Positions 9,971-20,143 of a stretch of 64,000 nt of DNA are shown piece after piece. A program made the translations under genes and the position numbers. The stretch is taken from NCBI GenBank assembly GCA_029259155.1, contig JAPDJI010000025.1:13578-77577 (forward strand), read 5' to 3'. Origin of the DNA: Candidatus Methanomethylicia archaeon (GTDB lineage: Archaea; Thermoproteota; Methanomethylicia; Nezhaarchaeales; B40-G2). Each line of letters begins with the position of its first letter. Position 1 is the first letter of the stretch. The notes under the pieces are model-generated. The model did not search any database. It worked only from the letters and a program-made list of their open reading frames with translations, and was not told the DNA's origin.

Positions 9971-10022
9971 AAACAGGTAATGCATTTTTTGTTGTTTAGA
10001 TATCCAGTTTCTTCGTTTCTCC

Positions 10023-10301
10023 TTAAGCCCTTGTAACTATGACCTTATCACCAACTCTAAAGTTACCGTCTAGAAGCCTATCTTTAGCTAACCTTATGAT
10101 TCCTTGTCCTTCATCCTCGGGAGGGAGTTCATCCACAGTGGCTATGGTGTAGGTTCCTCTAACGGACCAAAAGCTGGCAGTTATCTCTATTTTATCACCT
10201 TTCTTTACCCCGAGGTAATCCATGGTCTTTTTATCTAGCCTTGCGATGCCTTGATCTCCTTCAAGCGGTGCCTTTATAACAAGTTTAGCCTTATACGGCA
10301 T
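10023..10301 (-). CDS. Stand-alone Cdc48/VAT N-terminal double-psi beta-barrel-like protein
   Basis: DQGIARLDKKTMDYLGVKKGDKIEI and GIIRL...VGDKV resemble the Cdc48 N-subdomain; no AAA domain. Confidence 0.7.
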   Translation of the reverse strand: MPYKAKLVIKAPLEGDQGIARLDKKTMDYLGVKKGDKIEITASFWSVRGTYTIATVDELPPEDEGQGIIRLAKDRLLDGNFRVGDKVIVTRA

Positions 10302-10372
10302 AGCCTCACCCAACACATTGGATTATTGAAAGGATTTATAAGCTTTAATAGTGTCTATGTAGGTTCATAGCT

Positions 10373-10963
10373 TTAAGTGCTGTCTTCTTCTTTCTTTTCT
10401 TCAGCCATCCTAGGCAGCTTCTCATAGATCATGTCGTGTCTTATCTTCATCTCCTTCAAGAGCACTTGATAAATCTCTAGAAGTCTATCTATTTGGTCTA
10501 TCCATCTTCTAAGCTTGTATCCACTTTCAGGACTTTCAGGGATACGTACCATGTAGTCTTCAGTTATATATTTGAAGCCGAACCGTTCATAGAACTTCTC
10601 CAACTCCTTTTCATAACCTTCTTCAGGTGATGGCATGAGAGCTATAATGGTGTCTAGCTCACTTGTTATACTGCTTAGTAATGCGGATCCTACCCCTTTA
10701 CCTCTATAAGGCCTAGCAACCTCGATAGCTTCTATTGCCTTAGCTCCCGGAAGAGCTGGCCAGTCTGATATTATAGCGAAGCCTACTACTTCGTCGTTCT
10801 CGACAGCCAACCACACGTCTAAACCTTCTCTAAGCCTATCTCTAAGCAGCTGTTTAAGCTCTGCCTTTCCCTTTTCATCGTGAGAGGAAATCCACCTAGT
10901 AAACCCTGACGATATCTTAAGCTTGTCTATATCCTCTAAGGTGGCTTTACGTACTGTGACCAT
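10373..10963 (-). CDS. GNAT N-acetyltransferase with C-terminal helical extension
   Basis: VARPYRGKGVGSALL acetyl-CoA motif; KFYERFGF. Confidence 0.88.
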   Translation of the reverse strand: MVTVRKATLEDIDKLKISSGFTRWISSHDEKGKAELKQLLRDRLREGLDVWLAVENDEVVGFAIISDWPALPGAKAIEAIEVARPYRGKGVGSALLSSITSELDTIIALMPSPEEGYEKELEKFYERFGFKYITEDYMVRIPESPESGYKLRRWIDQIDRLLEIYQVLLKEMKIRHDMIYEKLPRMAEEKKEEDST

Positions 10964-11009
10964 GAGTATTCGAACCTTTCTTTCACCCTTCCTTGCTTAA
11001 TGGCCACAC

Positions 11010-11345
11010 TTAAAGTTTAAAGGCTCTCCTCTGGTCAGCTCTCTTCTTCAACTCCCTGAGGGAGCCTTCGTAGTTCTCGAGTATGTGGTTTATCTGCTCA
11101 ATCCAGGTTTTTGCCTTATCGCGTCCTCTAGGGGGTTTTGGGATGAGCCTGCTTGGCATGAACTCAAGGTCAAGCCTCTCGCTGAAGGCCTTCAACTCTC
11201 TTTCGTAACCTTCTCTTAACTTCTTTACATACACCTTGGCTAGCTGCGACCTTAACTTTTCGAAATTCTTCCTAACCAAGTCTTTTAATCTTGGCTCTCT
11301 TAATTCAAGGATTATTTCATCCTCACACGTCAGGATAGATAGCAT
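11010..11345 (-). CDS. Hypothetical protein sharing its C-terminal module with the downstream GNAT
   Basis: EGYERELKAFSER...WIEQINHILENY vs EGYEKELEKFYER...WIDQIDRLLEIY; start uncertain because the frame is open up to 11405. Confidence 0.7.
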   Translation of the reverse strand: MLSILTCEDEIILELREPRLKDLVRKNFEKLRSQLAKVYVKKLREGYERELKAFSERLDLEFMPSRLIPKPPRGRDKAKTWIEQINHILENYEGSLRELKKRADQRRAFKL

Positions 11346-11405
11346 AACTTCCCTGAAAATTTCCTTTAGAGCGTCTACCGTCTCCGACGTGAAGAGCTTC
11401 CTCCC

Positions 11406-12383
11406 TTAAGTTATGTACTCGAAGAAGTCAGTGTGTTTAAAAGTGACTAGAGGCCAACCATAAATTTCCTTAGCTATCAATATGACACCTTGTGGAGGAA
11501 CAGCGCCCTTTTCGGTTATTATAAGGTCAATGTATTCAGGAGGAGTTACGTCGTATGTAGGGTTAGCTACGAAGATGCCAAGTCTCTGTATCTCTTCTTG
11601 AGGCAGTACCCATGAAGGGTCGCCTCTTTCATAGCTAGCTTCCTCGGCAAAGGCTACTTCAGCTGTGATCTTCTGGGTATTGGCAGCCACATAAACCTTA
11701 ACTCTATGTTCCCTTGCTGCTAAGGCTACGGCTCCCGTACCCACCTTGCCTACTATGCAACCGTTAGGACAGATGGCAGTGGCTCCTAATACCACCTTAT
11801 GTACTCTTCTGATGTAGTAATAGTGAGCAGAATCTATGATCAGGGTGGTGGGTAGGCCTAGATCAGCTAGGGCCATAGCTAAAATTCTTCCTTGGAAATC
11901 TGGCCTCGCTTCAGTAACCATCACTTGTATTTTCTTGCCTTCTTCCTTGGCTTTCGCGAGTATAGATAATACTGTGGTACTCGCACCGTGGGTTAAGATG
12001 ACGTCTCCGTCCTCAATATACCTGGCCCCTACCTCGCCTATCTTGTCTATGGCTGACCTCATGGACTTGTTAAACTCCATAGCTTTCAAAGTTACCAGTT
12101 TCTTGAGCTCTGTAACGCTGAGGCCTTTGTCTATGCCCTGCCTAACCTCGTTAATCAGATAACGAGAAGCATTAGCTAACAATATTAACCTAGGTCTTTC
12201 CTTAAGGAAGAGGGCTAAGTACTCTGTTATTTCATGTTCAAAGTCTTCAGGGCGCTTAGCTTTCATGTAGACAGTGGAGGAAGCTATGGCGTCGAGGCAC
12301 TCCATGGTTATCTTGGTTTCGCCAATGATCTTGCCGCTTCTGAGTCCTTGGAGTACTTTTTCAATCGGTGGGTTATAAGTCAT
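11406..12383 (-). CDS. eIF-2B alpha/beta/delta / ribose-1,5-bisphosphate isomerase family protein
   Basis: TEARPDFQG, KVGTGAVALAA, NPTYDVTPPEYIDLIITEKG; catalytic motifs altered (see findings). Confidence 0.88.
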   Translation of the reverse strand: MTYNPPIEKVLQGLRSGKIIGETKITMECLDAIASSTVYMKAKRPEDFEHEITEYLALFLKERPRLILLANASRYLINEVRQGIDKGLSVTELKKLVTLKAMEFNKSMRSAIDKIGEVGARYIEDGDVILTHGASTTVLSILAKAKEEGKKIQVMVTEARPDFQGRILAMALADLGLPTTLIIDSAHYYYIRRVHKVVLGATAICPNGCIVGKVGTGAVALAAREHRVKVYVAANTQKITAEVAFAEEASYERGDPSWVLPQEEIQRLGIFVANPTYDVTPPEYIDLIITEKGAVPPQGVILIAKEIYGWPLVTFKHTDFFEYIT

Positions 12384-12479
12384 AAGATCACCAAGGCCTA
12401 TAAGCTAGCCTTGTTAACTAAGCCTCTACGACATACTTATACGTTATTCCTAAACATCTACCATAAATATGATTTTTAA

Positions 12480-13418
12480 TTAGTTCAATAGAATTGTAAT
12501 TAAGAAACCCAAGGCTAAAAGCGCCTTTACTCCAAACAAGTGTAGGAAGGAAGCCTTAATGCAAGGTACAAGCCTCCTCCCTTCCTCATACCTATATCTG
12601 GCTTCATAGACTTTCCACACAGCAATGGGAAAGAAGACCAGGCCTACAAGGCAGGTATACGGTAAAAGTCCTAGCCATACTTCAAGTACTAAGATAGTGG
12701 CGCTGACGATTACCGGATATAAAGCCACCCTAGCGGCTTTCTCCCTTCCAAGGTATCCTGCTAGGGTAAGCTTACCGGCCTGCTTATCGGCGTAGTAGTC
12801 GGGGATTTCGCCTAATAGCCTTGGAGCTAAGGGTGCTATAAGCGCTGGTATACAGGCTACGAGTGGCTCCATAGCAAAGCTGCCCAGCTGGATGTAGGAG
12901 GTGGCTAGCACTATAAGAAAGGTGAAGTTAAATGGCATTAAGAACTCTGGAACTCCGTAGACTCTATATGAAAGCTTCAAGGGAGGGGCTACGTAGAAGG
13001 CTCCTGTAAAGGCAGCTATGAGTCCTATAGCTAAGAGCGGCCATAGACCTGTCAGGAAGACTAGGTATAGGCCAAGTACTCCTGCGATGGTAAAGGAGAC
13101 GATCGACATGACTAATAGCGTGGAAGGTGATATGAGCCCCATCACTGTTGGTTTTCCTCCTCCTGTCCACTTAGTTGCGTCTTCATGGCTAACTAGCGTG
13201 TCTACCCCACTCACATAGTCGGCATAATCGTTTATGAAGAAGGAGCCGAAGGAAATCAACATCACCACAATTAACGTTAATGTCGCTAACACCCCGTCGA
13301 AGACCCCATAATAATAATAAGTGGAAGCTAGCCCCAGCGCGACTCCTGCTACTGGGCTCCAAGCATGCCTTAAGTTGAGGATGTCTATCAACTTGATCAG
13401 AGGTTTAGGCTGTGCCAT
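12480..13418 (-). CDS. UbiA/MenA-family prenyltransferase
   Basis: NDYADYVSGVD, EIPDYYADKQAGKLTL, YVAPPLKLSYR; multiple TM segments. Confidence 0.88.
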   Translation of the reverse strand: MAQPKPLIKLIDILNLRHAWSPVAGVALGLASTYYYYGVFDGVLATLTLIVVMLISFGSFFINDYADYVSGVDTLVSHEDATKWTGGGKPTVMGLISPSTLLVMSIVSFTIAGVLGLYLVFLTGLWPLLAIGLIAAFTGAFYVAPPLKLSYRVYGVPEFLMPFNFTFLIVLATSYIQLGSFAMEPLVACIPALIAPLAPRLLGEIPDYYADKQAGKLTLAGYLGREKAARVALYPVIVSATILVLEVWLGLLPYTCLVGLVFFPIAVWKVYEARYRYEEGRRLVPCIKASFLHLFGVKALLALGFLITILLN

Positions 13419-14830
13419 AATGTATCCACCTTTCTACTAATCTCCTCGTCCATCTTCAGTTCTTCTGGCAGCTCCCTTTCTACTTCTTCCTTCAACTTTT
13501 TGGTGGCATCTATGCCAACCTTAGATCCTAGCCCTATACGAGGGGCTGAGTGGTCTAATGCGTCAAGTGGTGTTTCTTTCAACACTAGCATGTCTCTTGC
13601 AGGGTCAACGCGCGTTGCTATGGCCCATAGCACCTCGCCTAAATCATGAACGTTTACGTCCTCGTCCACGACTACTAGGACCTTAACCAAGGAGAAGGAC
13701 TCAAGGCCCCACAGACCCATCATGATTCTCTTTGCGTGGCCTGGGTACCTCTTTCTCATAGAGACTATGCAGAGGCCATGGAAGCAGGCTTCAGGAGGAA
13801 AGTTGATGTCGACGACCTCGGGAAGTACAGTCCGTAATAGGGGGAGCGTTAAGCGTTGGAAAACCCTCTGGAGCACCGCTCCTTCATTCGGAGGTTTTCC
13901 TTCAACCCAAGCCGGATAAATGGGTTCTTCCCTCATGGTCATGCAGTTTACCCTAAACACATGGCATGGCTGAGGAGGCGAATAGTACCCTGTATGATCA
14001 CCGAAGGGTCCTTCAAGCCTTGTTTCAGTGGGATCGACGTAACCTTCCAAGACTATCTCAGCTCCTGCAGGAACCTCGAGGTCAACTGTTTCGCACTTAA
14101 CAAGCTTGATGGGTGAGCCTTTTAGAAGCCCGGCCACCATCACTTCATTTATTCCTTGTGGTAAGGGCATTGAGGCTGCGAGGATCAACGCTGGGTCTCC
14201 TCCAAGAGCCACTGCCACCTCTAAGGGTTTCTTCTTCTTCCATAGATGGAGCGCTCCGTGTTTATGTATCTGCCAGTGCATGCCCGTAGTAGTGTCATCA
14301 AATATCTGCATCCTGTAGATACCTACGTTGCGGGTTCCTTCCTCAGGGTCTTTAGTGAATACGAGAGGTAGTGTTATGAAGCGTCCTGCCTCTTTAGGCC
14401 AGCATTTTAGAGCCGGTAGCTTACTTAACTTAACCTTCTCTCCTCTCAAGACCACTTCCTTACAAGGCGCGTTCCTAACCAACTTGGGCCTCGTTGCTTT
14501 AACGGCTCTCAAGGCTTGGAATATGGCTTTTAAGCTAGGCTTCCTTGCTACCTTGAGGAGGTCGCTCATCCTGCTCGTGACGTCCTCCACTTTCTCAGCT
14601 CTCAAGGCTAAAAGTACTCTTTCCTCTGTCCCGAAGAGGTTGGTTAAGACAGGGATATCAAACCCTTCAACCTGCTCGAAGAGAAGGGCTGGTCCTCCAG
14701 CTTTAAACACCCTCCTCACGATCTCAGCTATTTCAAGCTCCACCTTTACCTTAGCCTGAACCCTCCTCAACATTCCTCTTTCTTCGAGAACTCTTATGAA
14801 CCCTCTCAGGTCATCAAACATAGTTCTCAC
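13397..14830 (-). CDS. ubiD: UbiD-family (de)carboxylase, menaquinone-biosynthesis type
   Basis: RNVGIYRMQ, LEGPFGDHTGYY, VVVDEDVNVHD, SKVGIDATKK. Confidence 0.9.
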   Translation of the reverse strand: MRTMFDDLRGFIRVLEERGMLRRVQAKVKVELEIAEIVRRVFKAGGPALLFEQVEGFDIPVLTNLFGTEERVLLALRAEKVEDVTSRMSDLLKVARKPSLKAIFQALRAVKATRPKLVRNAPCKEVVLRGEKVKLSKLPALKCWPKEAGRFITLPLVFTKDPEEGTRNVGIYRMQIFDDTTTGMHWQIHKHGALHLWKKKKPLEVAVALGGDPALILAASMPLPQGINEVMVAGLLKGSPIKLVKCETVDLEVPAGAEIVLEGYVDPTETRLEGPFGDHTGYYSPPQPCHVFRVNCMTMREEPIYPAWVEGKPPNEGAVLQRVFQRLTLPLLRTVLPEVVDINFPPEACFHGLCIVSMRKRYPGHAKRIMMGLWGLESFSLVKVLVVVDEDVNVHDLGEVLWAIATRVDPARDMLVLKETPLDALDHSAPRIGLGSKVGIDATKKLKEEVERELPEELKMDEEISRKVDTLWHSLNL

Positions 14831-14886
14831 GCGCTAAAATACCCTTAAAAACTGGGCTAAAAAGGGCTTTAAGGGGTTGGTGGAGG

Positions 14887-15876
14887 GTGAGGGCTTACCT
14901 GGCAGTATTAATGGTTGTTGCAGTGCTCATGGCTGCAACAGCTTACTACCTGTTATCATCCTCTCCTCCACGCACTAACTTAACTTTGGTGATCCCTCCT
15001 TTCACTGCTGAGTATATGGCAACCTACGCTTTGGAGACAGGTATCGTCAGTTCAAGCAATCTTACCATAACAGTCCAGCACACCTTACAGTTCAATGAGA
15101 TCTTAATGGACCTTCAGGCCGACATAGGCTTCATGTCTACCGAAGCGTTTGCTAAGGCTTATGAGATGGAGAGGCCCTTGAAGATATTAGGTACAGCTGT
15201 AATTCAAGGCAATGAGGAGGGTAATGCTCTTCTCTTCGTAAGGTTAGATTCGGAGATTACCGATCCATCTGAGCTTAAAGGTCGGAGGATAGGGGTGCCT
15301 ACGCCTAGAGGATTAAAGAGCAGCAATCTTATACTCTTGGACGTATTAGAGCGACGTTTTAACCTTTCATTATCGCTAGAGAGCGATCTCATCATCGATA
15401 AACCGTTGCCTCAGCTTCCAGCTTTACTTGATGCTGGGGAAGTGGACGCCGTGCTTGTTATAGGTGACGTGGCGGCTCAGATGAGCCTAAGCCCCGATAA
15501 ATACCGGTTAATATGCGACGTATCGGAGGAGTTTAGGCGGCTCTATGGTGAGTACCCTGTAGTGGCTGTATTGGTTGTTAAAGCTGATCTACTCGAGGAG
15601 AATCCAGACTTGGTAAGGGAGGCTTTAAGGTTGCTTAACGAATCGTTGAGCTATAGCTTAATCCATCGTGATGAAGCGTTAGAGTGGGCTTTAACTCAAC
15701 GAGAAGGTGTGGAGCTTGAGGCTGCGCAAAAATCCCTTGAGCAATATTGCATAAGGTATGGTCTAACAGAGGACGACAAGATGGTCATAGGGAAGCTCTT
15801 TGAACTAGCCTATTCGAGAGGTTTAATAAGCGTCCTCCCCGACCCCCTAGAGGTTTTCGTGAGTTTAGAGCCATGA
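14887..15876 (+). CDS. NitT/TauT-type ABC transporter substrate-binding protein
   Basis: N-terminal anchor; ELKGRRIGV, GEVDAV; first gene of the ABC trio. Confidence 0.8.
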   Translation: MRAYLAVLMVVAVLMAATAYYLLSSSPPRTNLTLVIPPFTAEYMATYALETGIVSSSNLTITVQHTLQFNEILMDLQADIGFMSTEAFAKAYEMERPLKILGTAVIQGNEEGNALLFVRLDSEITDPSELKGRRIGVPTPRGLKSSNLILLDVLERRFNLSLSLESDLIIDKPLPQLPALLDAGEVDAVLVIGDVAAQMSLSPDKYRLICDVSEEFRRLYGEYPVVAVLVVKADLLEENPDLVREALRLLNESLSYSLIHRDEALEWALTQREGVELEAAQKSLEQYCIRYGLTEDDKMVIGKLFELAYSRGLISVLPDPLEVFVSLEP

Positions 15877-16625
15877 ACCTTAAGGAGATAGCTAGGCTCC
15901 TGGCCGCTTTCCTTACAGTCTTAGCTGTTTGGCTCTTAGCTGCTAGCCTCGTGAATAGCTATCTCTTTCCTAGCCCTCTCCAGGTTGCTGACCCTTTCCT
16001 CGAGATGATTATGAAGCCTAGTACTTGGTTTCATGTAGCAGCTACCTTCAACAGGGTATTGCTTGGAGTTGCCTTAGGCTCTCTTCTTGGCTTGGTTTTA
16101 GGCATAGCTCCTCGCTATAGCTCCACGGCTTCTTTCGTGGTGGAATCGGTCATCCAACCAGTCTTGGAGTCTGTACCAGCATTATGTTGGGCACTGATCT
16201 TTGCAGCTCTCTTTGGCCTTTCCGGTACAGCTCCCGTCTTTGTCGTGGCAGCTGCTATAATCCCCTTCTTCACCATAAACCTATGGGAAGGTGTCAAGGA
16301 ACTTGACGAAAGCCTCGTAGAGATGGCCTACGCCTACACTAGGAATAAGTTGAGGGTGTTTAAGGCCGTGATATTGCCAATGTTATATCCCTATCTTTTC
16401 GCTGCTCTACGAACTTCCTTCGAGGTGGCTTGGAAGGTGGTAGTGTTAGGCGAGGTCTTCGGTGCTGTGAACGGTATAGGATACATGCTCTGGCTGTCTT
16501 TCAGTAGCTACTCTATAGATCGCATGTTTGCGTGGGTTCTATTCTGTGCAGCCATAATAGCTTTCTTTGAATACGTGGTCTTTAACCTCATTGATAAGAG
16601 GCTCATAAGGAGGTGGCGTAGGTGA
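15873..16625 (+). CDS. ABC transporter permease (NitT/TauT)
   Basis: TM segments; EAA-like LVEMAYAY loop; [11 protein letters not shown]. Confidence 0.9.
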   Translation: MNLKEIARLLAAFLTVLAVWLLAASLVNSYLFPSPLQVADPFLEMIMKPSTWFHVAATFNRVLLGVALGSLLGLVLGIAPRYSSTASFVVESVIQPVLESVPALCWALIFAALFGLSGTAPVFVVAAAIIPFFTINLWEGVKELDESLVEMAYAYTRNKLRVFKAVILPMLYPYLFAALRTSFEVAWKVVVLGEVFGAVNGIGYMLWLSFSSYSIDRMFAWVLFCAAIIAFFEYVVFNLIDKRLIRRWRR

Positions 16626-17368
16626 AATACGCCATAACCATAAGCGACTTGAAAAAAAGCTACGGTAACCTCCTAGTCTTAGATGGGATTTCCTTTAACG
16701 TAAAGAATAGTGAATTTTGTTGCGTGCTTGGTCCCTCAGGTTGCGGCAAGACGACCTTGCTAAAGATACTTGCCAAGCTCACTTCCTTCGACGGAGGCTC
16801 GGTTGACGTGCAAGGCTCTAACGTGAAGGAAGATGATGGTTTTCTCTCATCCATAAGCGTGGTCTTCCAAGAACCTAGGCTCTTACGTTGGAGGACCGTT
16901 AGGGAGAATGTTAGGCTGTCAGTGGAGCTCAGGAAAGGTAAGGTAGAGGCCGAGGACGAAGAGCTTGTGGATAGCTGCTTAAGGATGGTGGGTCTTCAAG
17001 CATACTCTAACGCTTATCCACATGAACTTAGTGGGGGTATGAAGCAAAGGGTAGCTTTAGCTAGGGCCTTAGCGGTTAAGCCTAAGATACTGCTCATGGA
17101 TGAACCTTTAACAGGCTTAGATGTACGAACACGTAAGGAGCTTCAAGAGGAGATTCTCAAGGTGTGGAGTGAAGAAAACCTAACAATACTTTTCGTCACC
17201 CACGATCCTAAAGAAGCCATATATTTAGCTGAAAGGATCGTCGTGTTTTCCGATAAGCCGACTAGGGTGAAGGATATAATAGATGTGGACATACCTAGGC
17301 CTAGAGATCTAAGCAGCTCAGAGGCTTTGGCCTTGGAGAGATATATCTATAACTGCTTCTACGCATAG
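16622..17368 (+). CDS. ABC transporter ATP-binding protein
   Basis: [26 protein letters not shown]. Confidence 0.95.
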   Translation: MKYAITISDLKKSYGNLLVLDGISFNVKNSEFCCVLGPSGCGKTTLLKILAKLTSFDGGSVDVQGSNVKEDDGFLSSISVVFQEPRLLRWRTVRENVRLSVELRKGKVEAEDEELVDSCLRMVGLQAYSNAYPHELSGGMKQRVALARALAVKPKILLMDEPLTGLDVRTRKELQEEILKVWSEENLTILFVTHDPKEAIYLAERIVVFSDKPTRVKDIIDVDIPRPRDLSSSEALALERYIYNCFYA

Positions 17369-17379
17369 CGCTTAGACGT

Positions 17380-18474
17380 TTATCTAGGCCTAGCACTTTC
17401 GCGATGTGCTTCTGAATATATGTTGATGATCTGGCTAGCTACGCTGTCCCATGCATACTCCTTTAAGGCCTTAAGCCTAGCATTGACCGAAAGCCTCTTA
17501 CGGAGGACGGGGTCTTGGAGAAGGGCTATGACGGCCTCGGCCAGCTTTTTAGGTGAGTTAGGCTTGACGAGCAGACCGCTTACTTCGTTGTCTACCACCT
17601 CCTTCAAGCCTCCGACCTCCGAAGCTACCACCGGTGTTCCAGAGGCCATGGATTCAATGGCTACTATCCCGAACCCCTCACCGTAGAGAGTGGGTACCAC
17701 GGTGAGCCATGCACGTCGATAGAACTCAGCTTTAACTTCATCGGACACGTTGCCTCTAAACTCTACGTAGCCACGTAGCTTTAGACTGGAGGCGAGGGCT
17801 TTAAAGAAGGGCTCCATGTAACCACTGCCCGCGATTACCAGTTTTGCTTCACGCTCCTCCTTAATTACCTTCTTAAAGGCATGCAGTAACACATGAATGC
17901 CTTTACGATATATGAGCCTACCGACGTAAAGAACAAGGGGATCAGAAGGCTCCCTGTGTGAGGGTCTATACTTATTGGTGTCGACGGCATTAGGTATAAT
18001 CACTCTCCTAACCCTTTTATTGACAAGGGCGGCCATGAGATGGTCTACTGCCCTGCTTACCGAAATCATAACTTGGGCCTTTGATAAAAGTAGTCGATGA
18101 GGCATCAATGCGTAGAGGTATCTGACAGGATCGTACTCATAGCCGGGCAATGCGCTGTGGCTGGTGACAACGCCCGGTATGTTTAACTGACTTCCGATAG
18201 CGAGCAGCAACGGAGGTAACCAGTTGAAGGAGTAATGAGCATGAATTAAGTCAGGTGCCTCTTGCTTGATAAAGTCACGTAGCTTAAAGGTGTCGAGCGA
18301 TACTTTCAAGCACTTTAGGCGTGGAGCATTGACAAGACTCTTCTCTTGCCTCCTCCTATAAGCCACTGAGACCTCAAAGCCTTTCTCTTCAAGCCTCTCA
18401 GCTAATCCCCTTATGTGCTCCTCCACTCCCCCGATGATTAAAGGGTATCTCTCGCTCACAAGCAGTATCTTCAT
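17380..18474 (-). CDS. GT4-family glycosyltransferase
   Basis: GGVEEH, VGRLIYRKG, EGFGIVAIESMASGTPVV. Confidence 0.92.
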   Translation of the reverse strand: MKILLVSERYPLIIGGVEEHIRGLAERLEEKGFEVSVAYRRRQEKSLVNAPRLKCLKVSLDTFKLRDFIKQEAPDLIHAHYSFNWLPPLLLAIGSQLNIPGVVTSHSALPGYEYDPVRYLYALMPHRLLLSKAQVMISVSRAVDHLMAALVNKRVRRVIIPNAVDTNKYRPSHREPSDPLVLYVGRLIYRKGIHVLLHAFKKVIKEEREAKLVIAGSGYMEPFFKALASSLKLRGYVEFRGNVSDEVKAEFYRRAWLTVVPTLYGEGFGIVAIESMASGTPVVASEVGGLKEVVDNEVSGLLVKPNSPKKLAEAVIALLQDPVLRKRLSVNARLKALKEYAWDSVASQIINIYSEAHRESARPR

Positions 18475-18623
18475 GTCATCTTAAGGAACTGAAGAACTCT
18501 CCTATAAGAGTCAATTAAGGAGTTTGTTGATAGTCTCTGAGGCTTAAAGCTGAAGTTCTTTTGGCATTGTTTTGTTTCTTAAAAGAAAAGCTATATATTA
18601 AGCCATATGGCTGCCTCTAGCCG

Positions 18624-19736
18624 GTGCTTATGGGCTGCCTCGAGGGACATCTGCCTATTATACTAGGCGGAGATGTAAAGGAATTTGCTTGGGAAGTGAC
18701 CAACAAGTGTAACTTAAGGTGTAAGCATTGCTACCTTAACGATGTTGGATCTGAACCTGAGAATGCTCTCTCTAAAGAAGAAGGCTTAGCTTTGTTGGAA
18801 GAGATGGCTAAGCTAGGCCCTAAAGATGTAATGGTTGTGTTTGAAGGCGGAGAGCCCGTTCTATGTCCCTATATCTACGATTACATAGAATATGCCTCTA
18901 GACTTGGAATGAGGCCTGTCATGACCAGTAATGGTACGTTGATTGACTTGGAGGTTGCTAGGAAGCTTAAGCAAGCTGGCCTCGTAGGTATTTCTATTAG
19001 CATCGATGGAGCTACACAAGAAGTAAACGATGGTATTAGAGGAGTAGGATCCTACAAGAAGGCCTTAGAAGGGTTAAAGGCGTGTAAAGAAGTCGGCATA
19101 CACTGGAACATAGCGTTCGTGGTTAACAAATATAACGTCGACCAAGTCCCAGCTATAATAGAGTTAGCCAAGAAACTTTCAAAGCGAAGCCCAAATGACC
19201 CCATAACGAGCCCTCCAGGCGTCTTCCTTTTCCATTATATCCCCTTGGGTAATGGCGCCAAAAATATGCCCGATGCGGAGTTAAGTAAGGAAGAATACTT
19301 GGGTTTGCTGGACTATATTTTCAAGTATAAGGTGCAACATGAAGGTAGGCTTTGGATAAGACCTGAATGCATGCCTCAGTACTGGCCTTTCATAATAGAG
19401 GAGTATGAAGTAGAATTCGAACAGGACTTCACAGCAGATATGATAAGAATGTGTCAAGCCGGTATAAGGCATTGCTGCGTAACAGTGACCGGAGAAGTAA
19501 CACCATGCCCCTACGTGAGGACCAGTGCAGGTAACGTGAGGGATGGAGGCTTCCTTAAGATTTGGAGGGACGCGGAGCTCTTTAAGAAGCTTAGAAACCC
19601 TCGCAGCTTTCTAAGGGAGCCTTGTAGGTCTTGCAAATATCTAGAAGTATGTGGTGGATGTAGAGGTAGGGCAGAAGCGCACTTTGGAGACTGCTTTGAA
19701 AAAGATCCTTCATGTCCTATTACCCCTAAACCATAG
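18624..19736 (+). CDS. Radical SAM/SPASM protein, AhbC/AhbD/NirJ-like
   Basis: CNLRCKHC, GGEP, SPASM CQAG...PCP...CRSC...CGGCR...DPSC. Confidence 0.8.
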   Translation: MLMGCLEGHLPIILGGDVKEFAWEVTNKCNLRCKHCYLNDVGSEPENALSKEEGLALLEEMAKLGPKDVMVVFEGGEPVLCPYIYDYIEYASRLGMRPVMTSNGTLIDLEVARKLKQAGLVGISISIDGATQEVNDGIRGVGSYKKALEGLKACKEVGIHWNIAFVVNKYNVDQVPAIIELAKKLSKRSPNDPITSPPGVFLFHYIPLGNGAKNMPDAELSKEEYLGLLDYIFKYKVQHEGRLWIRPECMPQYWPFIIEEYEVEFEQDFTADMIRMCQAGIRHCCVTVTGEVTPCPYVRTSAGNVRDGGFLKIWRDAELFKKLRNPRSFLREPCRSCKYLEVCGGCRGRAEAHFGDCFEKDPSCPITPKP

Positions 19737-20143
19737 ATCTGAATGACCATGAACTTACCTGAGTTACTACACCCTGACAACGTGGAAGATGGCTGTCTAG
19801 GGCATTCAGCAGGCGAGCTCGTATGGAACGTCACGTACTCTTGTAACCTTCGTTGCATGCATTGTTATTTACCATCATCTTCTAAACGATCTGAATTGAG
19901 CCTCGAAGAGGGCCTAAAACTCATAGATGAGGTAAGAGCGATCTTTGGGGCAGGCTCTCAACTAGTCTTAAGCGGAGGAGAACCTCTCCTTAGACCTGAC
20001 GTTTATGAATTGGTGGAGTATGCCTCTAGCTTGGGTCTTCGTGTAGCCTTAGCGAGCAATGGTACGTTGATTGACTTGGAGGTTGCTAGGAAGCTTAAGC
20101 AAGCTGGCCTCGACGAGCTCGCTATTAGCATCGATGGAGCTAC
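18930..20143 (+). repeat. Identical tracts shared by the two radical SAM paralogs
   Basis: 55 bp exact at 18930-18984 and 20058-20112; 22 bp exact at 18994-19015 and 20122-20143. Confidence 0.9.

Noticed and set aside
19170-19225. In-frame insertion (about KRSPNDPITSPP) in the first Ahb-like gene as a hidden intron
   Set aside because: No stem or BHB pairing is visible; it is more likely a protein loop.
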